28,323 nt of DNA from Bugula neritina (lineage: Eukaryota; Animalia; Bryozoa): NCBI GenBank assembly GCA_964035545.1, contig CAXIUT010000117.1, positions 1 to 28,323 on the forward strand, read 5' to 3'. Shown here piece after piece: positions 1 through 9,696 of this stretch; within the stretch, counting starts at the first letter, position 1; every line of letters begins with the position of its first letter. The notes beneath the pieces were generated by a model. That model worked only from the letters and a program-made list of their open reading frames with translations. It was not told the DNA's origin and searched no databases. Position numbers and translations under genes: made by a program.

Positions 1-75
1 CCCAACCCCAACCCCAACCCCAACCCCAACCCCAACCCCAACCCCAACCCCAACCCCAACCCCAACCCCAACCCC
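1..75 (+). repeat. Left telomere, (CCCCAA)n, Tetrahymena/oligohymenophorean-type C4A2 repeat
   Basis: About 12.5 perfect CCCCAA units at the window start, C-rich strand 5', which is the correct polarity for a left chromosome end. Confidence 0.97.
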
Positions 76-417
76 TTTATGGTTTTTATAGTTTATAAAT
101 TATTTATTAACTAACATCTTTATTACTATTCTATCCTATATTACTTTTTATTTATAGTTATTCTTTCCTTAAAATTTATTTTTATTCATTATTATCATTA
201 TTTATTATTATAGTTTTAGGACCTTAGGGTAGCTTAGATGTCAATTGTTTTTATTTATTTATAATCATGTCATTGTTTTTATCCTTAATCTCATCTTATC
301 ATTTGAAGGAGGTCTTTATTGAGGAACTTCTGAGCTACATAAAGGATCACCTTATTTTGGACTTTTTGTATCTTTTTCTTTTGATTCTCGACCTTCTTTA
401 TGAGTACAGGTACCCAT
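76..417 (-). CDS. Hypothetical protein with N-terminal MGxC acylation-like motif, 3'-truncated by the telomere
   Basis: ATG at 417 gives MGTCTHKEGRESKEKDTKSPKEGDPLCSSEVPQERPPSND. After one inferred 1-nt deletion near 298 the frame continues (DEIKDKNNDMIINKEKQLTSKLPEGPK...IIYKLEKPE) with no TGA up to the telomere. Without that correction it would stop at TGA near 266. Confidence 0.6.
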
Positions 418-593
418 ACTTTTTTTAATAACTAATTATTATCATCTATAAAGTTGAAATTATAATAGACTTATTCAATTAAATTTAGATTCTTGAAAAA
501 AATATGAAATAACCACTTATTTACTTAATTGATTTATTTATCTTTAACATGATAAATAATATTCTATTAAAATATACTTCTATTATATTAAAA

Positions 594-3500
594 TCAATGA
601 ATGCTTTTATCTAACTATCTCTTCCTTCTTGCTTCAATTATTTCTTCTTTCATCTTTTTCAAATTGAATACTTTAAGTTTTTATTCTTATCCTTTATTAA
701 TAATTATTTATTTCCTTTTTTACACTTTTATCTTATCTTTAATTTCAGGTTATAATTATATAATAACCTTCTCAAGAATATTTAAAGTATCCAGAATTTA
801 TTCTACTTTCATCTGATGCTTATCTCTTCTTAATTATTATTATTTTTCTTTGTTTTTCATGATTATTACTTCTCTTTTTCAAAAAGATTCGATATAATAA
901 AATATGCTTATTTAAGATAGTTCTCATTTTTGTTTAAATTATTATTTTTATATTCTTTTTAATTTCCTCTAAAATTTTATAATAAAAATCACTAATTTGA
1001 TAAATACTAGTCAGAATTTTTATACATTCAGCCAAATGTTGCATTGATCTATCAAGATAATTAAGCTAGCTTTGTATTTTCGATAAAACAAAATGAATTT
1101 CCACTAAAGCATTTTTCGATCTTTAATCATTCGAAGTTTGATAGATAGAAAGAGATGAACCAAGTAAACTAGCTGCTTCACTCATATTTTTATCATATTA
1201 AAAAGCTACGATTCCCAGTTTATGATATATTCTTGCAGTTAAGAAATGATATTATCCAACTAGCTAAAGAAGTTAGCTTAAACAGTTCTAAGTTCTTACT
1301 TTTCTTCTTTGTACTCTTGATTAAAATGATGTAGAAATGCTTTATTTTACATTGAATAACACTGATTAACTTTTAGATCAAAAAGATAACTATCAAAATC
1401 TTGACCATAAAGATTTACATTTTATCTTCGATAAATTGCTTCTTTCAAAAGATTAGCTCTACTTTAGAAGATTATTTAAAGAAAATATTGGCTTATAAAG
1501 GTTTATCTAATTTTAATTTTAACTTAGCTAATTGATCAGTTATATGATAAAAATCAAATTTATCATAGTTTATAAACGAAAACTTACTTATCTTGCCTTA
1601 GAGAGAGCAGTAATAGCAAGTGAATATTTTTATGTTTATGAATAAATACAAGCTAACACTTTATAATATCTTACAGCTTCTTATTTTTTTTATTTCTTAT
1701 TATTTGTAATTAACTTCCAAACCTACTGACTCTATTTAAAGGCTGTCTATGTATCTCTAACTTTGAGAAGTAACTAAGCAGTTCGTAATTTGATTTAGAT
1801 GTTTAGCAAATTTTTTGGACTAATAAGTTATGAGTTAATTTAATATGTTTTATAGTAGATATGAAGGGCAGATTGATATTGAAATTGCTATTTGAGGATA
1901 AAAGCTATGTATAAATAGCAATATGGTATATGCATCAATGAAATAGGTTGCCTGAATGATGGATGAAAATAGCTATCAAACTAATTTTGTTAAATTCTGT
2001 TATAAAGACCTATAATACTATTTTATTTCCTTATTTTAGGTAGTTATATTCTTTATTTTTATATTTTATGCCATTATTGAAGCCACTTGATTTATTCCTA
2101 GAATATTTCAACTGATAAATTTCTTTATTTCAATAAATGATAAATCTTTCCTTTGATTTATAAACAAACTACAAATCTATAATTTCCTTTTTTGAAATAA
2201 CTATTATATATTTAAATAGCTGAATTGATAGAATTTAATGCCTGGTTATAGTTATGCATAGCAGCACATCCAAGAGACAGATATTGATAATAAATACATA
2301 AAACAGGATGTTATTCAGTATAAATAGACTTCAAAATAAGAATTGCCTTATTCAGATACACCACTGCTTCATAACTCTTTCTTTGTATTAACATATATTT
2401 TCCAAGAGATAGATAAAATTCAGGAACTACTTTATTATATTATCCTTATTATTATATCAAATTTAAACCTTGATCATAGTAATGCATGATTCTCGGTTCT
2501 TTGGAAGTCATTTTAAGGAACTACTTGATAGCTAGAGATATCCTTCAGCTATATATTTATAAAAACTTATCAAAAATTTATTAGTATGCTTTTTTCCAGA
2601 TACATTCTTTGAAGTATTGACCATTTTCTCTCCAAAACCGACCAATTTCTATAATTTTTAGCTTTTATTAGTAATCGAATAGTTTATAAATATATATTTT
2701 CTAGCTGTTAACTAAAATATATTTTTTTTTGATTATCACTTTTTATTTTCCCCTCCAATATATATTCAAAGCATTATAATGAAAATCAATACTCAGTTTA
2801 ATATCACCTTTAAATTAATAGCCAATAGCTTTTTTTGAATCAATCAAAGCTAAAAGAATATAATTCTATTTCATTTCTGTCTTATTTCTCTTAAACAATT
2901 TTTAATAATAGTTATAGCCTGCTGATAATACTAAGTCAACACATATCCATCACCGAAATCTTAAATTTTATTTATAATATTCTGATGACTTTCATATCTT
3001 ATCAAAGCGTTGTTATTGGCTGATTATTTGATTTTTTATAAGTAATAGATTCCTTCTGAGTTGGTATATAATTTTATCTTTATTTGATTTTGTACTAACG
3101 AGCTATATAACCATATTATAGTGATATTTCCCATTTTCCACTCCTATCATTGTATTCTTTACCAATAACAATAAATGAATTCAAAAGGTTAAATAAAATA
3201 TATTCATATCCTTTAAATGATTTTTTATTTTTTTATTAATTTTATTTCTTCTATATAAAATAATATCCATTTTCATGTTATCTAGATCTAGCTTTAGCCG
3301 TTATGTAGATAGTAAGATCAACATTCATGTTACTTTTAGTTGAAATTGAACTTTTATTGAGATGAGCCTTTACAAATCCTATATTTTCAATGATATTTCC
3401 ATAGTTAAAACATTAAAGCTCTTTTTCAGATAGTTGCAATTGTGAAAAACATCTAAATTACTCTTTAAAACTTTTTTTCTTTTATTATTATAAAAAAAAC

Positions 3501-4707
3501 CTCCTTAATTTGTTAAAATATTACAATTACAGGCCAAAGACAATTAGTCATATTATTTGGTTTATCTCCACTATACTTCAGCATCCTATTGATAATCAAC
3601 TCATGAGTATTGGTTAAATAAAAATCAACAGGATCCTCTAACAGTTTTAACCCAAATCTTTAAGAAAATGTTATCTTTCTGCAGATTTATTAATAATCAA
3701 TGTTTTTTAGAGATAAATATCATGAAATATACTATATTGATAGATAAGTTTTTTAAATATTTGAGTACTTTTAGATTCTAAATAACATATCTACCTGTTT
3801 TAAGACAAGTACTCAACACCAATTTAGTACGAACAGCATGACTCATAAAGTAATTCTAGCTATGCAAAATTTATGATAACTACTATCGAGAAGGCCAATA
3901 TTATAACTGTAACCAATTTGAAGATTGCTCCATTTGCAATAGCAATAGCTGCTACAACTACCTGCGAATAAGTTCTATTTGGTATGGAATCTCAACAATC
4001 GCATTTCTGCTATCAATTTTTTATTTATCAAAATGATATTTGTCTTCATGAGTTGGTTTAATTACAACTATGAAAGAAGTTTTTCTGGAAAAAATGAAAT
4101 AATCATAAAGTTGACTTAGTTTATTATTATTATCATTTTTTAAGAGTACGAGTAAAGCACAACAACAGAGAAAAATAGATGTTTATTTACTATTTACTTA
4201 TATTTTTAAAATAAAGAATTAATTTCACTTGTTGTCCATAATCGATATCCTTATTTAAGCAATATATTATCTCTTTATTTTTCTTTCTAACTAAAAACAT
4301 TATCTTTCAACCATAAAACAATCGTTCTTTATTTCTAGTGAATTTTCACCTCTCTAATTTCAGCTCCAGGTATCTCATTACTTACTAACTAAGCATATAT
4401 CTTAGCTGCTCCTAGGATTTATTAATCTTAATCGTCCTCCTTAATCGATTTAATTTCAGGCTAACAGATGTTTTCTTTGAATGCTGATTTTTTATCATTT
4501 TATATAGAATTATTCTTTTCCAGTATTATCGATTTTTCACTATGCTATCTCGATGAGTAACCTATTGAGTACATTTATTTCATCAATTTAATCACTTCTT
4601 TTAGATATTATCGAATAAAATTCTTATTTATCTTCTCTTTAAGCTGATTATATTTGACATTCCTTGATTGTTTATTTTCTAGCTAGTTTGATACTATTAT
4701 TACCCAT
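594..4707 (-). CDS. Large TPR-repeat protein (about 1300 aa); model approximate because of tiny introns and indel errors
   Basis: Long coding-like frames in the UAR=Glu code with TPR-type segments, e.g. WYLNKAILILKSIYTEEHPVLCIYYQYLSLGCAAMHNYNQALNSINSAIEIY and HFLTARIYHKLGIVAFEYDKNMSEAASLLGSSLSIY. Frame changes are explained by GT..AG introns at 3144-3162 and 2877-2896 and by homopolymer indels. Ends ...RELDKSIH-TGA at 596-594. Confidence 0.65.
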
Positions 4708-4775
4708 CTAATTCAATAGTCAATCTGCCTTTTTAATAAATAATCATATTTTATCTCATTAGAATTAATATCCAA

Positions 4776-5723
4776 ATGTGTTTCCTACCAGTAAAGTGCC
4801 TCAAAGCCATCGTCTTTGTTGGCTCCATCTGCTCGATAGCCATCTCAATTTGGTCTCCTCGCCCGTACTTTGCGCCCTACTCAGTTACCATCTACGTCCA
4901 AGTCAACAAAAAAGTTCTTAGTAATGTCAATCAATCAGCTGTTAGTGCCTCCCTGATAGGCCTCTACATCTCCTCAATTGTCTTTCTACTACTTGGAGTG
5001 TCTGGTCTAGCAGGTTCTCTTAAATCTTCAAGCAAAAGATAAAGCAAAGGCACATGTCTGTTGGCATTATTTTCAATTGGAGTATTCATCTTTTTCCTGA
5101 TATTTTTGGCGGAACTATCTTCTTTTTGTGGACCTGAAACTATCTTTGGAACTGACTGCACAAATGGTTCAAAAACTGATCTTATCCAAGACCTATATCA
5201 AACCAGCAATGAAGCTTATAGCAAATTTTGTCGAGAAGATTGTCCTTGTAGTTTAGACAAAAATTCTGACCTCTATAATGTGCTATCAGGTTTTCCATTA
5301 AAATTGGATGGAACAAACAAGAAGGTAGGTGATTGTTAAAATATGACTGGTAGCTAAAATGTTGATGTGCTTGCTACCTTTGAAGAATTGTTAGATTGTG
5401 GAGGATGGTGTCCTCTCGATAGCACTACAGAACCTAACCCTACTATTGGAAATAATTCTATATACTTTTATCGCTTCAGAGATATCAATGACTGTTCAAA
5501 TAAAGGTACTTTTTATACTATGAAGATTGTTTCAACAACTTACAGGGTTGTCATGAAGTTTTGAAGATTTTATGACAGGAAAAGGAAGAATTGTAGCCTT
5601 TGGATGTCTAGTAGCTTTGCTGGTTTGTCTACTAACATCATCGCTGTCTGTTGTATCTGCTACCATCCTAGTAAAGTCAAAAGCGGATCAAATTTCTACT
5701 CAAGAATGATAGAAATGGATTGA
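4776..5723 (+). CDS. Tetraspanin-like membrane protein
   Basis: Three N-terminal hydrophobic helices, a Cys-rich loop (FCREDCPC, EELLDCGGWC, YFYRFRDINDC, GCHEVL) typical of ciliate tetraspanins, then a fourth helix and a CCIC tail. 20-nt introns at 4865-4884 and 5506-5525. Several 1-nt indels are needed. TGA at 5721-5723. Confidence 0.75.
4865..4884 (+). other. 20-nt spliceosomal intron (tetraspanin-like gene)
   Basis: gtactttgcgccctactcag. Removal, with one extra T upstream treated as an error, restores the hydrophobic helix ISIGLLALTIYVQ. Confidence 0.6.
5506..5525 (+). other. 20-nt spliceosomal intron (tetraspanin-like gene)
   Basis: gtactttttatactatgaag. Removal gives CSNKDCFNNLQGCHEVL. 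Confidence 0.7.
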
Positions 5724-5828
5724 TTTATCTGTCGATATCTGATTTAACAACATTATTTTTAACTATTGATACTAATATATTTTTCAGGAAATTAACTCTG
5801 TGATATAATCTTGCATATATCAATTTAA

Positions 5829-7478
5829 ATGGAAAAAAACCCGCCCCTGACCCACAACCGTCTAGACGACTCCGATCCAAAAGAAAATAAATGTTTACAG
5901 AGCTAGCAACCCATCAATAAGAAAAAATCAAGGAAGAACCTTAAGAAAGAAAAGAAAATAATCATAGAGTCATCATGGAAGATTCATAAGAAGAAGTAGA
6001 ACTTTAAGTTCTTCAACATTAAAATAAAAATATTGACACAATATCCTAAACAATTCACAAACTCTTATCCAAAAACGTATTTTTCATAAGATTCAGAAAG
6101 TATCAGCTAAAAATGCATTTAGCATTCCTTTAATCGATCTCTAAAAACTACCTGACTTTTCAAGTATTATTATTTGTATTTAGCCAGTCTCTAGAATGAA
6201 CATTCTTGGAAAAAAATAAGTTCCACTCTTGAAAATGACTATAAAATATATGCATATAGAGTTGATGCCATCCACTCAATCACCTACAACATCTTACATA
6301 CTATGGCCAGAAGACAACAAGATGTAGATTCTTTACAAAATGCACCAAAAGAAAAATCCTAGTTAAGTCCAAATAAAAATCAACTAAGATAATGCTGAAG
6401 GATAGTTTTTGTAAAAAAAAATATAAAATCTTAATCTAGCAGAAATAGAACTAGTCATGAAAATGGATCCTATCTTATAAAGAACAAAAAGACAATTCGA
6501 TACTTTAGGAAGTGAAACCATGCTCATCGATAACCTATCACTAGATTAGATGCTTTGTCTTCAACTAGTTAGAAATAACTAAGAAAATCTATCTTACCCT
6601 GAATGGGGTACCCTACCACGGTGAATGGACAGTTGATGACCCACTTATGTGCTTTATGGACTTCACCTATTTCAGAAATTCTATCAGATAGAAATATCAA
6701 AGTCACATAATGGTTGATTAGAACAATCAAATAGATTAGGATTTGGTGGGGATAATAGAATAGAAATAAAATTATCTTAGAGGTAATGAACAAATGGAGT
6801 CTGAAGAGTATTAGATAAGAAAGAAAGCTATTTCTTCCTAAATTCATATGAGATGCTCATATCTAAATGAAAGAGATATAATTTAAGATGCAGATAATTG
6901 GATGGAAGATGTTGATAGAAAATTTTTAGGAGTTAAATCCAAAAAAAAAACCATAAAAATAGATCAAAATGTTCCAATAACAGTTAAATAAGAAGATCCT
7001 GCATAATTAGTTGATTTCAACCTTTCTAGTCATGAAAAATAAACCAGAAACAATATATTCAAACCAGATTCGGATAAAATGGAACATCATTAAGAGATTT
7101 AAGATAGATTTTTAATTAAATCTAAACTGCCTTCTCCATTTGACTTGTAAATATCATTTTTTCAGAAAAAATAACTTCGTATTTCTAAAAGAAGAGGAAC
7201 CTTTCCCTTTTCGTTAAGAAGGTGAGGATTATAATCCTCCCATGGAGGCAGAAGTGGATATCCGCAGACAAAATGTGTCCATAATCGATGCCAAAAGACT
7301 AATAAAAGAACAAATCAACAACAAATCGACCTTCAGCAGCATATACAGCAGTTACAATAGTTTTGGGCAAGGAAAATAGATATCTCCTGCTCTTTGTTTC
7401 CTGACTGTACTGCATTTAGCTAACTAATGCAATCTGACCTTGAAAGAGATAGATGGAGGTAATTTCTATATTCGTTGA
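5829..7478 (+). CDS. NCAPH: Condensin complex subunit 2 (kleisin CAP-H/Brn1/Cnd2)
   Basis: N-terminal kleisin motif KVSAKNAFSIPLID...SWKKISSTLENDYKIYAYRVDAIHSITYNIL, middle motif MDPILERTKRQFDTLGSETMLIDNL, C-terminal motif SPALCFLTVLHLANECNLTL. 20-nt introns at 6077-6096 and 6164-6183. Several indels. Confidence 0.85.
6077..6096 (+). other. 20-nt spliceosomal intron (CAP-H)
   Basis: gtatttttcataagattcag. Removal joins LLSKN|KVSAKNAF, the conserved kleisin motif. Confidence 0.85.
6164..6183 (+). other. 20-nt spliceosomal intron (CAP-H)
   Basis: gtattattatttgtatttag. Removal restores the frame into SWKKISSTLE...KIYAYRVD. Confidence 0.85.
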
Positions 7479-7534
7479 TTATTTTATCTTCAATTCAATA
7501 GTATCAACTCAATTCATCATTTGACTCCATCAAA

Positions 7535-8143
7535 TCACTCTCTTTCTGAGACTAGTTCTCCTATTTATTCTATTAGAATCCATACTTTTGCTAGAAATAA
7601 TTTTTTATCTGAACATAAGTCACTGGTTAATTTTTTATCCTTGTTCTTTTCCCTCCCTAATCTTTTACAGCATTTGATAGACTCAGATTGTGAAATATTT
7701 TACTTTTACTTTCTGGTATTTTTGAATTAAGTGAAAAATCACTGCTTTTATCTGAGATCTAAGTGATAGTTCGTCGATATTTATCTGGTTTATTTTTTTT
7801 AGGAATTCTATAAAATGATTACACAATTGACTAGTTTATTATATTCTAAGTTTTCGAGCTTTCTCTAGCAATTATGCACACCATGGATATTAGTATTCAT
7901 AGGTTTTGATCCAAGTGTTTTATTACTGATAAACTAATTTTTTTTAGGTCGAAAAGAACGAGATTTAGTTGTATACATAGAAGTAGCTTTAGTCAAAAAA
8001 GCATTATTATGACAAGTTATTTTATAATTAGTGAGATAGTAATCGATAGACTGTTGCTGGGAGGCTAGAAATCTATCTTTGAGAAGTTTATGATTAACTG
8101 GATGAGAGGTTGTGGGAAAAAAGCAAGATTTATTATAGCTCAT
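7535..8143 (-). CDS. Hypothetical basic protein, weak resemblance to Hemingway/CFAP97-type ciliary proteins
   Basis: MSYNKSCFFPTTSHPVNHKLLKDRF... with A/T-ending codons. The single in-frame TGA (7741-7739) lies in a candidate 30-nt GT..AG intron (7742-7713). Ends ...LFLAKVWILIEEIGELVSERE-TGA. Alternative in-frame ATG at 8167. The family call is tentative. Confidence 0.55.
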
Positions 8144-8309
8144 ATTTATTATCTATATTTAGACCATAAAAAAAAAGACAGAGATTCTTAAGATTTTGTT
8201 TAATAATTATCTAAAATAACCTTTGAGTAAGTTGATAATAAATGAATTATTTTTGAAAATTTTAATAGATATCACTTCAAATATATATATAAAACAAATC
8301 AATGCCTCA

Positions 8310-8385
8310 GGGGTTGGGTTGGGGTTGGGGGTTGGGGTTGGGGTTGGGGTTGGGGTTGGGGTTGGGGTTGGGGTTGGGGGTTGGG
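8310..8385 (+). repeat. Internal telomeric tract (GGGGTT)n with right-end polarity
   Basis: 76 bp, about 12.5 GGGGTT units, with one G3 unit (8316-8320) and two G5 units (8327-8333, 8376-8382). Confidence 0.97.
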
Positions 8386-9551
8386 TGATAGGACTAGGAT
8401 CACTTATCCCATATCTAACCTAAGAAACAGGAATCCTCTAAACTTAATACACATATCTGTTTAGTTGTCGTTCAGCTGGCATGGTCTTAGGAGCTGTTAT
8501 GATTAAAGTCTTGAAAAAAATGAAATTTACCTATCATCAAATTATGACTATTGGAGCTATTATTATCTTTTTTTTCTCCTTGCTCATGAACTTTACCAGA
8601 TCTTCCTTTTGGCTTGGAGTTTGGATGTTTTTCACTAGTATAGGCTACAGCATCTTCGAAGTTCTCATCAATATGGCTGTTCTCTTGATTAGTCCTATCA
8701 AATAACTCGAATATTGGATGCTTATAGCTCATGGATCCTTTGGAGTTGGAGCCCTTTTATCCCCTCTCATAGTCTATATCTTTTAGATTAATACTTTTAT
8801 GGTTTTTGGAATCCTATTAAGTATCCTAGTTCCTTTTTACTTTCTCTTATCAACGCCAGAACTCAGTGGATTCAAAGATGAATAATAAAAAGAATTGAAA
8901 AATAACTAAAATAAAGGTATACCAATAAGTAGTAAACTGGAATATGTTCTATCTTTAATGATATTTTTCTATGTTGGTCTTTAATGCACATATAGTGGCT
9001 GGATTTCTTCTTTTGCTGTTCTATCTGGAGTAACTGATAACGAGGGAGCAACTATTTTTCCTGCTATATATTGGATTGGATTAACTCTCTTTAGATTCCT
9101 CTTAGCTTTTGCTCCTGGAAAAAGTAGCATCAAACTTAAACTGCTTATTGGAGGAAGCATATTTACCGGAATCATCTCTATTCTTTTGATATAAACTGGA
9201 TATCCAACAATAACTTGCTATGTCTGTTCAATATTACTCGGATTGAGTCTGTCATCTATTTACCCATTAATATTCACATTTCCGATTGAAGAAGGACTAA
9301 CAATTGACAACCACCAGGCAACAAACATTGGCACAGCAGGAGTAATATCTGAAGGAATTCTAACAATGTTTGTTGGTCTTCTTATGCAATATTTTCATGT
9401 AAATATGCTTCTATTTTCTCTTACTATGGTATCCATTGCTTTATGGGTTCTTAGATAAATTTCTATAAAATTCATATCTTAGCAAAATGATAACAAAATA
9501 TAATCAAATATTGAGATTTAGCTTTTATAAAAATAGAAAAATAAATAATGA
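8379..9551 (+). CDS. Major facilitator superfamily transporter (MFSD4/FucP-like), 5' end missing and replaced by telomeric repeats
   Basis: Uninterrupted frame of about 390 codons: GWVIGLGSLIPYL...HGSFGVGALLSPLI...FFYVGLECTYSGWISSFA...YWIGLTLFRFL...GLSLSSIYPLI, with about 11 hydrophobic helices. No in-frame ATG before the first helix. TGA at 9549-9551. Confidence 0.85.
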
Positions 9552-9696
9552 TTTGTATTTAAATACCTTCATATCAATATTTTTAGCGTAAAAAAAAGGT
9601 ATAATGGATTACATATTAACAAGAATTCATTTAAAGATAAATAAAGTTTAATCAATAAAATACTAATTGACATAATAACTAAAATTTGAGTGAATA

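Noticed and set aside
594-4707. UGA read as Trp throughout (an all-stops-reassigned code), suggested by apparent in-frame TGAs in the large TPR gene
   Set aside because: Most of these TGAs disappear once tiny introns and indels are accounted for. Conserved Trp residues in UGT, GT90, GDPD and the phosphoesterases all use TGG, and TGA cleanly ends those genes.
7686-8276. A 197-codon Met-less minus-strand frame running almost to the internal telomere, which would imply a 5'-truncated gene
   Set aside because: Its codons are unusually C-ending, the neighbouring frame starting at ATG 8143 has normal A/T-ending codons, and 8170-8300 looks intergenic. Long spurious frames are expected with a single stop codon. 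Not fully excluded.
8310-8385. Gly-Val repeat protein (track ORF 8223-8423), microsatellite or CRISPR array
   Set aside because: It is the exact reverse complement of the terminal telomere repeat, has no spacers, and the ORF relies on a TTG start in intergenic DNA.
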